A DNA stretch of 60,271 nt from a virus. How positions within the stretch are numbered: position 1 is the first letter of the stretch; every line of letters starts with the position of its first letter. Below are positions 32,749 through 41,656 of the stretch, one piece after another. A program made the translations under genes and the position numbers. The stretch is taken from positions 1 through 60,271 of IMG/VR virus record IMGVR_UViG_3300044825_000512. One strand, given 5' to 3'. The notes beneath the pieces were generated by a model that was given only the letters and a program-made list of their open reading frames with translations, was not told the DNA's origin and made no database searches.

Positions 32749-34167
32749 ATGGCAGAAAATCATGTTCTTTTAGAAAGCGTTTATCTCACACAAACTGTTT
32801 CCTCTGTAACTTTTGATAATATCCCACAAACAGGATATACAGATTTGCGTTTAGTAATGAGTGTGCGTAAATCTGATTCTACTACTTTATCTTCAAGTTA
32901 TATTACTTTTAATGGCTCTACTACTGGTTATGGCACTAAAAGATTATATGGCAATGGCGCAGGTGCGAATAGCGATACAAACCCAACTGGAACCGCCTCC
33001 GCTTACATAGGAAGTTCGAACTCCGCTACTTCATTAGCAAACTTATTTTCGTCTGTGGAAGTTTATATTCCTAACTATACATCCACTTCTGCTAAACCCT
33101 TTTGGTCAGAAATGATTCAAGAAGATAATGTCACTAATGGGTATCAGTTCATAATCGGAAATAGTTGGAGCGGTACTTCTGCTATATCATCAATAACAAT
33201 AACAGGTGATGCCAACTATGTTGCTTATAGTAGTTTTCATCTTTATGGAATAGCAAAGAGTTCAATAACACCCGTAACTGGACCATTCGCAGAAGGTGGC
33301 AACATTGTTGCCAATGATGGAACTTATTGGTATCACGCGTTTTTAAGTTCAGGAACATTTACTCCTCTCAAGGCTTTGACTTGTGATTATGTTGCCGTTG
33401 CTGGCGGTGGTGGTGGCGGCTCGGTTTATTACGGCGGTGGTGGTGGTGCTGGCGGAGTAGTTTCCAATAGCGCACAACAATTAACGACTAATACCAATTA
33501 CACAGTTATCGTAGGTGCTGGTGGAACTTCTGTTTATTCAAGCGCAAATGCGGCAACAAGTGGCTCAAATTCTAATTTTACAGGTGGAACTTTATCTTTG
33601 ACGGCGGCAGTTGGCGGTGGTCGTGGCGGACAATACGCATCTCCAACTGGAGGTGCTAGCGGTGGCTCAGGCGGTGGCGGTGGTGGCTCAGGTGGCGGAG
33701 ATAATGTTTGGACAGGTGGTTCAGGAACTTCAGGACAAGGTAATGCTGGTGGAAATGCTTTAGCGTATTACACAGTAGATGACCAAAAGTATTCAGGCGG
33801 TGGCGGTGGTGGCGCATCTGCGGCTGGTGGTCGTGGTTTTTCATTACAAGGCGGAACTGGCGGTGCTGGAACTAGCGCATACTCAACTTGGGGTTCTGCG
33901 ACAAACACAGGACAAAATTCAGGTGGAACTTACTACTATGCTGGTGGTGGTGGCGGCGGAACGGCAACAGGTAACGCTGGAAATGGAACACCTGGAACTG
34001 CTGGTGTAGGTGGTGGTGGTGTTGGCGGAAATCCAGTATCAGGTACAGCAAGTGGAACCGCTAATACAGGTGGTGGCGGTGGTGGTGGTTCATCGGCAAC
34101 CGCATCATTAGGAACAGGCGGTCAAGGTGGTTCAGGAATAGTTATTATCAGATACTCAATGGTGTAA
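32749..34167 (+). CDS. Glycine-rich minor tail/fibre protein (paralog)
   Basis: 472 aa. N-domain ending FHLYGIAK, then WYHAFLSSGTFTPL and Gly tracts ending GGSGIVIIRYSMV. Confidence 0.8.
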   Translation: MAENHVLLESVYLTQTVSSVTFDNIPQTGYTDLRLVMSVRKSDSTTLSSSYITFNGSTTGYGTKRLYGNGAGANSDTNPTGTASAYIGSSNSATSLANLFSSVEVYIPNYTSTSAKPFWSEMIQEDNVTNGYQFIIGNSWSGTSAISSITITGDANYVAYSSFHLYGIAKSSITPVTGPFAEGGNIVANDGTYWYHAFLSSGTFTPLKALTCDYVAVAGGGGGGSVYYGGGGGAGGVVSNSAQQLTTNTNYTVIVGAGGTSVYSSANAATSGSNSNFTGGTLSLTAAVGGGRGGQYASPTGGASGGSGGGGGGSGGGDNVWTGGSGTSGQGNAGGNALAYYTVDDQKYSGGGGGGASAAGGRGFSLQGGTGGAGTSAYSTWGSATNTGQNSGGTYYYAGGGGGGTATGNAGNGTPGTAGVGGGGVGGNPVSGTASGTANTGGGGGGGSSATASLGTGGQGGSGIVIIRYSMV

Positions 34168-34179
34168 AGGAGAATAAAA

Positions 34180-34527
34180 ATGTCACATTGGGCAGAAATT
34201 GACGAGAACAATGTTGTTCTCCGTGTACTTGTTGGGAACAATAGCGAACCCGACGAGGGTAAAGCATTTATGGAATCGTTAGGCGGAACATGGGTGAAAA
34301 CTTCATACAACGCCGCTACAAATGGATTCCGTAAACACTTTGCGGGTGTTGGATACACTTATGATTCAGAAAAAGATGCTTTTATCCCACCAAAACCATT
34401 TCAATCATGGAGTTTGAATGAACAAACCTGTCAATGGGAGGCTCCTGTTCCATATCCTACTGACGGTAAAATATATTCATGGAACGAAGAAACTCAGAAC
34501 TGGATTGGGGGAATGAATGATGAGTGA
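34180..34527 (+). CDS. Hypothetical protein (fibre cluster)
   Basis: 115 aa, Trp-rich C-terminus (QWEAPVPYPTDGKIYSWNEETQNW). Confidence 0.65.
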   Translation: MSHWAEIDENNVVLRVLVGNNSEPDEGKAFMESLGGTWVKTSYNAATNGFRKHFAGVGYTYDSEKDAFIPPKPFQSWSLNEQTCQWEAPVPYPTDGKIYSWNEETQNWIGGMNDE

Positions 34528-34756
34528 TGTACCTAGAAAACTCGTAGTAAATCTTGCCACGGGAACACAACAATATGTTGATTTAACCCCTGCCGAGATT
34601 GCTGAACGCGACCAAAATGCGGCGGCACATTCAGAATATCTAGCAACTCTTCAAGCAGAGTCAGAAGCAAAAGAAGCATTAAAAGTTTCTGCTCGGGCTA
34701 AACTGATTGCTGGAGAAAATCTTACAGAAGAAGAAGCAAACGCACTTCTTCCATAA
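34517..34756 (+). CDS. Hypothetical protein
   Basis: 79-aa ORF overlapping the previous gene by 11 nt. Confidence 0.6.
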   Translation: MMSDVPRKLVVNLATGTQQYVDLTPAEIAERDQNAAAHSEYLATLQAESEAKEALKVSARAKLIAGENLTEEEANALLP

Positions 34757-34775
34757 TATAAGTTAGGGGTATAAA

Positions 34776-35321
34776 ATGGCAGGAACAACAACTAAGGGTT
34801 TGCGGTATCCAACCGCAGGGGATAATCCTGCCGTCCACACCGATATTCAGAACCTAGCAACGGATGTAGATACAGAACTAGATAACTACATCCTTGCTTC
34901 CGCTCCATCATTTACAAGCACAATCACTCTTGGCGCTGGCGCAAACATAGTTTTTGAAGGTACGACAGATGATGGATTTGAAACAACTCTTGCTGTAACC
35001 GACCCTACGGCTGACCGCATCGTAACTTTGCCTAACGCAACTACTACTCTTGTTGGTCGAGACACCACCGATACCTTGACCAACAAGACCTTAACTTCTC
35101 CAACTATCAGCAACGCGACATTCACAGGTCAGCAAAGCGGATTACAGATTGCTTTCAATGATTCAATCGTCTTTGAAGGCACAACCGCCGACGCTTATGA
35201 ATTGACCTTATCGGCTGGAGAACCGACCTCGGATGTAACAGTTACCTTGCCAAATGAAACAGATATTCTTGCTAATCAAAACTTTGTTAGAACATCTATG
35301 TTTATGTTGGGTGGAATGTAA
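34776..35321 (+). CDS. Tail fibre-like protein (shares repeat modules with 29593..30741)
   Basis: 181 aa. TDPTADRIVTLPNATTTLVGRDTTDTLTNKTLTSPTISNATFTGQQSGLQIAFND nearly repeats 29593..30741. C-terminal tail FMLGGM. Confidence 0.8.
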   Translation: MAGTTTKGLRYPTAGDNPAVHTDIQNLATDVDTELDNYILASAPSFTSTITLGAGANIVFEGTTDDGFETTLAVTDPTADRIVTLPNATTTLVGRDTTDTLTNKTLTSPTISNATFTGQQSGLQIAFNDSIVFEGTTADAYELTLSAGEPTSDVTVTLPNETDILANQNFVRTSMFMLGGM

Positions 35322-35767
35322 TGACATTCACCTATTCAGGAGACCCAAGCACATCTACCCGTAATTATGTGCGCTTTCTCCTCAACGATACAGATTCAAC
35401 GGACGCGCTCTTTAGCGATGAAGAACTCAACTATGTCATCACCGAATGGGGCGGAGACGCCTATAACGCGGCTCGAGAACTTGCCGAAATCCTTATTGCT
35501 CGCTTTAGTCGTCTAGCCGACAGTAGTTCTAAGAGTGTTGGCGATATTTCGGTATCTGAATCTTATTCAGCAAAAGTCACACACTATAAAGAATTGGCTA
35601 ATAGTTTTCTTCAAAGACAAATGCGTAAGTCCCCACCTAAACCATGGGCTAATAGCGAAAGCCTCAAGTCCACAGATGATAGAAACATCTCGGACTTCAA
35701 CACCGATTTCTATGTCGGTATTACGGATAACCCAAACAGCAATTACGAACAACGCGTTCCTGAATAG
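35321..35767 (+). CDS. Head-tail adaptor (connector) protein
   Basis: 148 aa. YVRFLLNDTDSTDALFSDEELNYVI is the typical N-terminus of adaptor families. First of four neck-size genes. Confidence 0.6.
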   Translation: MTFTYSGDPSTSTRNYVRFLLNDTDSTDALFSDEELNYVITEWGGDAYNAARELAEILIARFSRLADSSSKSVGDISVSESYSAKVTHYKELANSFLQRQMRKSPPKPWANSESLKSTDDRNISDFNTDFYVGITDNPNSNYEQRVPE

Positions 35768-35775
35768 GCAAAGCC

Positions 35776-36105
35776 ATGGATGCCATATATCCCAAGGTAG
35801 CCGAATTCATGACCGATACGGTCACCTTCACGGCAAAAGCCTCCGTCGATAAATACAACAAACCTACCTTTGCTAACTCAAGCACAACGGTTACAGGTCG
35901 ATTGATTTACGATACAACTAAGTCCAAAGATGTTCAGGGGATTGAGGTTGTAGATATTGGACGATTCGTTACCTATGGTCCCGCGACATCAATCACGGTG
36001 AGTCATAGAATGGTCGTCGGGGCGGACACTTTTACCATCAACGCAATAGACAATATCGCCGATGAAAACGGAGCGCATCACACCGTAATTAGATTCGGGC
36101 GGTAA
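35776..36105 (+). CDS. Head closure / head-tail joining protein
   Basis: 109 aa. The call rests on size and position in the neck cassette. Confidence 0.5.
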   Translation: MDAIYPKVAEFMTDTVTFTAKASVDKYNKPTFANSSTTVTGRLIYDTTKSKDVQGIEVVDIGRFVTYGPATSITVSHRMVVGADTFTINAIDNIADENGAHHTVIRFGR

Positions 36106-36107
36106 AC

Positions 36108-36518
36108 ATGGCAAAGTCGTCCTTTCGGCTCGACCTTACAGGTGATGAAGATTTAGTCAATGCTCTCAAGGCTGGCAAAGAACACACGCCTCAAGCAATA
36201 GCCCAAGCAATATGGGAAGAAGCAAACATGATTTTTGCTAAGTCACAAATCCTTGTTCCAGTTGATACAGGAGTTCTTCGTGGCTCAGGTGGTGTATCGG
36301 CTCCACAAATGGGAACCCAAGGTTATTTTGTAGATATTTTCTATGGTGGTCCCGCCGCACCTTACGCTCTTTATGTTCATGAGATTATCGGTAATTATCA
36401 CAATCCACCGACACAGGCTAAATATCTTGAGCAACCAGTTATGGAAGCAATGCCCTCTATCCAACAAAACATACGCGGTAGAATAATCGACATCATCGAG
36501 AAAGGTCATAGGGGCTAA
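36108..36518 (+). CDS. HK97 gp10-like neck/tail-component protein
   Basis: 136 aa. The PVDTGVLRGSG motif is characteristic of the gp10 family. Confidence 0.7.
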   Translation: MAKSSFRLDLTGDEDLVNALKAGKEHTPQAIAQAIWEEANMIFAKSQILVPVDTGVLRGSGGVSAPQMGTQGYFVDIFYGGPAAPYALYVHEIIGNYHNPPTQAKYLEQPVMEAMPSIQQNIRGRIIDIIEKGHRG

Positions 36519-36943
36519 TGGCAACCATACTTGAATCGGTAGGCGACTACCTTCAAAACACAGCAAGTGCCTTTGGCGCCCACGCATCCCAAGGCACCCT
36601 TGGAACGAGTATTTTTCTAGGTGTTCTACCTGAAACACCCGATGCTTGCGTAGCAATCTATGAGAACGCTGGCAGTTCTCCAACCTTCACAATGGGGGCT
36701 GGTGGTATTCGTATTGACTATCCAATGCTTCAAATTATCTGCCGTGCTGGTCGAGAAGATTATCCAACGGCTAGAGACAAAGCAGAAAATATCCGCGTTT
36801 TACTCGCGTCGGTGCTTGAAACTACAATCTCAGGGGTACATATTATGCGTATTGAACCGATGGGTTCGGTCAATATGTTGGGAGTCGATAACAAGTATCG
36901 ACCACTAATCTCGGTGAATTTCCGATGTCTAGTGAGAATGTAG
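36518..36943 (+). CDS. Tail terminator / tail completion-like protein
   Basis: 141 aa. ATGG-coupled and last gene of the neck cassette. Confidence 0.55.
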   Translation: MATILESVGDYLQNTASAFGAHASQGTLGTSIFLGVLPETPDACVAIYENAGSSPTFTMGAGGIRIDYPMLQIICRAGREDYPTARDKAENIRVLLASVLETTISGVHIMRIEPMGSVNMLGVDNKYRPLISVNFRCLVRM

Positions 36944-37107
36944 CAACGGAGCCACAGGCTCCAAGAGAGAGAGACCCTTATGGCAGAATCGCAATCACAG
37001 ATGAGTTCCAGCGATGCTGGAAATGTGACAGGCTCCTCTTCGAAAGCGCGACGCGCCCGTGGAGTATCCGATGCCCAAGATGTAAGTCCAAAAATAAATC
37101 AGGATGA
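36925..37107 (+). CDS. Zinc-ribbon protein (possibly the N-terminal part of a frameshifted gene)
   Basis: 60 aa. CWKCDRLL...RCPRCKSKNKSG. Confidence 0.55.
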   Translation: MSSENVATEPQAPRERDPYGRIAITDEFQRCWKCDRLLFESATRPWSIRCPRCKSKNKSG

Positions 37108-37366
37108 TTTCTTCAAAGATTTAGATGCGTTAGTTGGCGCTGGACGCGAACAAGGTGGATGTTCAATAGGTATTTTAGTTTCTAAATTAGATGAACCACT
37201 TCGTTCAAAACTTACTCAAATTATGAAGAATGAAAAAGTAAACTCGGCTCGACTTACTGAGGTTATGTTAGCCTATGGGCTTCAAGTATCTTCCAGCGAT
37301 GTCATGAGAAGGCATCGGCGAAGGCTCCTAGGTAAAGATGGGTGTAAGTGTCCGCGTGAATCTTGA
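36980..37366 (+). CDS. Helix-turn-helix-like protein; only the part after about 37100 looks genuine
   Basis: The natural-looking sequence INQDDFFKDLDALVGAGREQGGCSIGILVSKL...ARLTEVMLAYGLQVSSSDVMRRHRRR begins exactly where the Zn-ribbon ORF stops. There is no start codon there. Confidence 0.45.
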   Translation: MAESQSQMSSSDAGNVTGSSSKARRARGVSDAQDVSPKINQDDFFKDLDALVGAGREQGGCSIGILVSKLDEPLRSKLTQIMKNEKVNSARLTEVMLAYGLQVSSSDVMRRHRRRLLGKDGCKCPRES

Positions 37367-38549
37367 TGATGCCTTAGATAATCTTCTCAAAACTTCTGAG
37401 ATGAATTCAGTTCAAAAAACTGAACCAAGACAAAGACAGGCTGAATGGTTGCCTGGGGTCACTTGGCAAGGAGAAGAAGGAACAGTTACAACTCAACCAA
37501 TGGAGGGCGATAACGCGCCTGATTGGTCAGGAGTTCTACGAATGTGGGGATTAGACCCCGAGCATTTCCAAGTAGTAGAACCAGTTCTTTTCAATGTGTG
37601 GGGCGATACTTTAGGTATTCTCAATCGCCAATGGAAGGGCAAAGTAGTTCGCAAAGGCAAACAAGAAGTTGCTGATATTGAAGCCCTTATTCAAGAAATC
37701 AAAAAACATAAGCCACGCGAGCGCAAGCCAATTACGGGTGGGGCAAGCCTCGTTGTATGTGCTTCAGATTGGCAAACAGGTAAAAGAGATGGGGACGGTC
37801 TCAAAGGTTTAGTTGGACGATGGCTTCAGGCTATCGATGATGTTGAATTTAGAATCAAAGAATTGAAGAAGATAGGACGCCCGATTGATTCAATCACCGT
37901 CCTTTGCCTTGGCGATTTAGTTGAAGGATGCGACGGTCATTACGACATTCAAACTTTCACAGTCGAAGTTGATAGAAGAGACCAAGTAAAAATTGCTCGT
38001 CGTCTTTTGAGAGATGCTCTTATCCGTTGGTCAAAGGTAGTTCCTGAGATAACAGTTGCGGCGATTGGTGGAAACCACGGTGAAAACCGTAAGAACGGAA
38101 AAGCCTTTACTACTCTCAATGACAATGACGATGTTGCCCTAGTTGAATCAGTAGCAGAAATCTTTCAAGCCAATCCTGAAGCCTACGGTCATATCCGTTT
38201 TGCTATCCCAACCGATGAGTTGAGTTTGACCGTCGAAGTTCATGGAAAGATTATTGGAATCACTCACGGTCACCTTGCTCGCAGTTCAGGAAGTCCTGAA
38301 TCTAAACTTCGTCGCTGGATTGCTGACCAAACTCTCGGACGCCAAGCAATCGGAGATTGTGACATTTTGGTGACTGGTCATTATCATTCGTTTCGTCTAG
38401 CAGATTGGGGAGGAGTCAAATGGCTACAAGCACCAGCCCTCGACGGGGGAAGCGTGTGGTGGAGACAATCAACGGGGGAAATTGCGGATGTGGGTGTACT
38501 GACATTCCTAGTGTCGAGCGAGGGAGTCTCGGACATCCAACTCTTATGA
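37338..38549 (+). CDS. Calcineurin-like metallophosphoesterase (Mre11/SbcD-like)
   Basis: 403 aa with motifs in order: CLGDLVEG, IGGNHGEN, ITHGH and VTGHYH. Confidence 0.8.
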   Translation: MGVSVRVNLDDALDNLLKTSEMNSVQKTEPRQRQAEWLPGVTWQGEEGTVTTQPMEGDNAPDWSGVLRMWGLDPEHFQVVEPVLFNVWGDTLGILNRQWKGKVVRKGKQEVADIEALIQEIKKHKPRERKPITGGASLVVCASDWQTGKRDGDGLKGLVGRWLQAIDDVEFRIKELKKIGRPIDSITVLCLGDLVEGCDGHYDIQTFTVEVDRRDQVKIARRLLRDALIRWSKVVPEITVAAIGGNHGENRKNGKAFTTLNDNDDVALVESVAEIFQANPEAYGHIRFAIPTDELSLTVEVHGKIIGITHGHLARSSGSPESKLRRWIADQTLGRQAIGDCDILVTGHYHSFRLADWGGVKWLQAPALDGGSVWWRQSTGEIADVGVLTFLVSSEGVSDIQLL

Positions 38550-38830
38550 ACGACCCAAGAGACATTGCTTTATACGCCGCTGAATTGGTCTCAGGAGACC
38601 GTCAGGACGCGTATGGACATCCCTTAGATAATCTCACCCGAGCATCAAAGATATGGTCTGTAATCCTTGGCTGTGAGGTTTCTGCCGAGCAAGTTGCCCT
38701 CTGTATGGTCGGAATGAAGATAGCCCGTGAGGTCAATCAATCTAAGCCCGATACGGTGGTGGATGGGATTGGCTATTTCCTGACCCTTGGAATGATTCAA
38801 GAAGAGCGCCTCAGAAGAGAGAATAACTAA
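38546..38830 (+). CDS. Conserved phage protein of unknown function
   Basis: ATGA-coupled ATG at 38546. SGDRQDAYGHPLDNLTRASKIWSVILG...VALCMVGMKIARE is a motif I recognise from many phages, without a known function. Confidence 0.7.
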   Translation: MNDPRDIALYAAELVSGDRQDAYGHPLDNLTRASKIWSVILGCEVSAEQVALCMVGMKIAREVNQSKPDTVVDGIGYFLTLGMIQEERLRRENN

Positions 38831-38848
38831 CCCTAGTTGTGATATACT
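38827..38848 (+). promoter_or_regulatory. Conserved phage promoter/operator motif
   Basis: CTAACCCTAGTTGTGATATACT (the TAA is the stop of 38546..38830), followed by cccGAGAGGAGGgcaag and the ATG at 38874. Confidence 0.65.
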
Positions 38849-38873
38849 TGCCTTGTCCCGAGAGGAGGGCAAG

Positions 38874-40007
38874 ATGAGAGAGTTCAGAATCTCCAGCGTC
38901 AATGTAGAGAAAACTCTTGCCAAGGCTCAAAAGATTGCTGAGCGCGGTAAGCGCAAAGGCTTGAGCGGTGGCTTTGCTTGTCGTATCGAATCCCGTGAAG
39001 AAATCATCAACGGGATTGTCTATGAATATCCAGTTCTTATTATTGAAGGCGAAACAGTCAAATACAACGGCTACAAATTCTTGGCTGTTGCTGAGGTAAT
39101 CGAAGGTCAGGTTTTGACCCGTTCGATTGCTGGCTCGACTGAAATCAAGCCAAGCGATGTCAAGGTCGGTTATTGCGAGCATTGCCAAACCAATCGCGCT
39201 CGCAAGAGTGTTTTGTTTGTCCAGCACGAAGAATCAGGAGCCATCAAGCAGGTCGGCTCAACCTGTATCAAAGATTTCCTAGGTTGGGAGTTCTCAGCAA
39301 CCGCCTTGGTTACCGAACAAGATTTCGAAGAAGAGTTTGGCGGTAACTTCGGTGTGGGCTTCTCAGGTATCGGAACTTTGAGCGTAGCGACCTTGGCAAT
39401 CAAGGTAGTCAAGGACATCGGCTACATCAAGGAAATCACAAAAGATACAGTTTTGAATTACTTCTTCGGTTCTTATAGTCGCAAGGCTGAACTAGAGAAA
39501 ATCTACGGCACCGAGTTCTCTGAGGCAGAAAAAGCCGAAGGTCAGGCTCTTATCGAGTTTGCTCAGAAATTCGAAGGCGATTCTAGTTACGCTCAGAATT
39601 TACGGGCTGTGGCTCAGTTACGCTACCAGCGCTACGACACCATCGGAATCTTCATCTCAGCAATCAAGGCTCAACAGAGATTGATTGAGCAAGAGATTGC
39701 CAAGGAAACAGCCAAGATTTACAAGTCCGAGCAGATTGCTCCAGTCGGCGAGCGCGTCGAGTTGCCAGTCAAGGTCTTATCAAGCAACACCTTCGAGACC
39801 CAGTTCGGCAGTACAACTCTTTGGACTTTCGAAAGCGGAGATTACAAAGTCAAGTGGTTTGATTCAGGATACTCCTTCAGGGCTGAAATTGGCGACGAGT
39901 TCATAATCAAGGGAACAGTCAAAGGCTCCGATGAATACAAGGGAACCTTCTCGACGCTCTTATCAAGAGTCAAGAAAGTCGAAGTAAAAGAATTAGTATC
40001 AAAATAA
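38874..40007 (+). CDS. Hypothetical protein with CEHC...C motif
   Basis: 377 aa from the ATG at 38874. GYCEHCQTNRARKSVLFVQHEESGAIKQVGSTCIKDFLG. Confidence 0.8.
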   Translation: MREFRISSVNVEKTLAKAQKIAERGKRKGLSGGFACRIESREEIINGIVYEYPVLIIEGETVKYNGYKFLAVAEVIEGQVLTRSIAGSTEIKPSDVKVGYCEHCQTNRARKSVLFVQHEESGAIKQVGSTCIKDFLGWEFSATALVTEQDFEEEFGGNFGVGFSGIGTLSVATLAIKVVKDIGYIKEITKDTVLNYFFGSYSRKAELEKIYGTEFSEAEKAEGQALIEFAQKFEGDSSYAQNLRAVAQLRYQRYDTIGIFISAIKAQQRLIEQEIAKETAKIYKSEQIAPVGERVELPVKVLSSNTFETQFGSTTLWTFESGDYKVKWFDSGYSFRAEIGDEFIIKGTVKGSDEYKGTFSTLLSRVKKVEVKELVSK

Positions 40008-40122
40008 GTATGCGGTACACTTTGATTACTGTGCGCTAGTCGCCCGAGTTTTCGTCTCTTCCGTGTCCGAGTGACCTGACGGTTACTTGGGTTACCCATG
40101 TGCCGTTACGGAGGAGGTTTGA

Positions 40123-40434
40123 ATGGCTCGCTATCGAGTCTTACAGGGTATTGATTACCCGCCAAACAAACGCGCCGAGGCTGGAAAGATTGTAGAAGAT
40201 TTACCAGCAACTTCGGTCAAGTGGCTTTTAGAATCAGGCATTATTGAAGATGCCGATAAGCCAGCAAAGAAAATCGAAACACCCGTCGTTGAAGAACCAA
40301 AGGTTGAACCAGTCGCAGAGGTCGTTGAAGAACCCGCTGTCGAAGAAAGTTTTGACCCTGATGCCAAAGATATTGATGGCGACGGTTTTCTCCAAGACGG
40401 TACCCCATTTCAACGCCCAGTTGAGGAGAAATAA
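40123..40434 (+). CDS. Hypothetical acidic protein
   Basis: 103 aa with a GGAGGAGG SD and a Glu/Pro/Val-rich centre. Confidence 0.7.
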   Translation: MARYRVLQGIDYPPNKRAEAGKIVEDLPATSVKWLLESGIIEDADKPAKKIETPVVEEPKVEPVAEVVEEPAVEESFDPDAKDIDGDGFLQDGTPFQRPVEEK

Positions 40435-41165
40435 TGCCTACATTCCGCCACGGTAAAAATGTCAATGTCTTTCTTGATGAGTTTGATTTTTCTACCTACT
40501 TCAATAGCGTAAGCGCATCGACTTCAATCGATACAGCCGAGACAAGTGCTTTTGGAACCAGCGCGAAAACCTATGTGGTTGGACACCGCGATGGAACCGT
40601 ATCTCTTGGAGGTATGTTCGAAGGTACCGCTTCTACTGGTACAGATGAATTTTTTGATGACGCTCTTGGTAACGCAACCAAGACCCAAGTAATCATTGCC
40701 CCTGAAGGTCATTCAAATGGCGCAGGAGCAATCATGCTCAAAGCGGACGATACATCTTATGAGGTATCAAGTGCTATCTCAGATATTGTCCAAGTAAGCG
40801 CAGAATTCCAATCAACAGATGCCGTCGAACACGGAAAGATTCTTTCTTCAGGTTCAACGGTTACCGCGACTGGAAATGGAACAAGCGTAGATAACGGAGC
40901 CTCAACCACAAATGGTGGCGCAGGTTTCTTGTCAGTTCCAGTAAACACACGCAATGGAAATATCACAGTAAAAATCCAGCACTCAGCGGATAACTCAACT
41001 TTTGCTGACTTGGTTACTTTTACCGTGGTTACAAGCACAACCAAGACTTCTGAAAGAGTCGAGGTTGCGGCAGGTACAACAGTAAACAGATACCTACGAG
41101 TGAATTACACAGTCGCAGGTTCAACAGGCTCGGCTACCCCTGTGGTGGCTTTTACTAGGAGGTAA
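40434..41165 (+). CDS. Major tail (tube) protein, long paralog
   Basis: 243 aa. The N-terminus MPTFRHGKNV...DTAETSAFGTSAKTYVVG is shared with 41174..41590. It has an extra C-terminal domain. Confidence 0.75.
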   Translation: MPTFRHGKNVNVFLDEFDFSTYFNSVSASTSIDTAETSAFGTSAKTYVVGHRDGTVSLGGMFEGTASTGTDEFFDDALGNATKTQVIIAPEGHSNGAGAIMLKADDTSYEVSSAISDIVQVSAEFQSTDAVEHGKILSSGSTVTATGNGTSVDNGASTTNGGAGFLSVPVNTRNGNITVKIQHSADNSTFADLVTFTVVTSTTKTSERVEVAAGTTVNRYLRVNYTVAGSTGSATPVVAFTRR

Positions 41166-41173
41166 AACAAACA

Positions 41174-41590
41174 ATGCCTACATTTCGTCATGGTAAATCC
41201 ACCGTATTCAAAGTAGATAATTCAGGTGGCACTCTTACCGATATTAGCAACACCCTTACAGATGTTTCATTTCCACAATCAGTCGATACCGCTGAAACCA
41301 GCGCTTTCGGCTCATCTGCTAAGTCGTATGTAGTTGGGCTATCAGACGCAACAGTTTCCGTATCAGGAAATTTTGATGCGACAGTTGATGCTCACCTTGC
41401 TGGAATCCTTGGACAGTCTGCGTCCGTATCTTTTGAGTACGGTCCTGAAGGTTCAACCGCAGGTATGGTCAAGTACACAGGAGAAGCAATCCTCACTTCT
41501 TACGAGAAGAGTGGTGCTATCGGAGATGTAGTGACATACTCAGCAGAGTTCCAAGTAACAGGTGCCGTAACACGCGGTACATACGCATAG
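41174..41590 (+). CDS. Major tail (tube) protein, short paralog
   Basis: 138 aa. MPTFRHGKST...DTAETSAFGSSAKSYVVG. It lies upstream of the chaperone and tape-measure genes. Confidence 0.75.
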   Translation: MPTFRHGKSTVFKVDNSGGTLTDISNTLTDVSFPQSVDTAETSAFGSSAKSYVVGLSDATVSVSGNFDATVDAHLAGILGQSASVSFEYGPEGSTAGMVKYTGEAILTSYEKSGAIGDVVTYSAEFQVTGAVTRGTYA

Positions 41591-41656
41591 TTGGAATTGA
41601 TTCAAAAAAACTAAATAAATTATCGTGACCAACCTAGTGTCCCAAGGAGAAAAGAT

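Noticed and set aside
31970-34140. Highly repetitive ggtggtggc/ggcggtggt DNA, considered as a tandem repeat array or CRISPR-like structure
   Set aside because: The repeats are irregular, lack unique spacers of constant length, and are in-frame glycine codons of two long ORFs with conserved termini. This is coding low complexity, not CRISPR.
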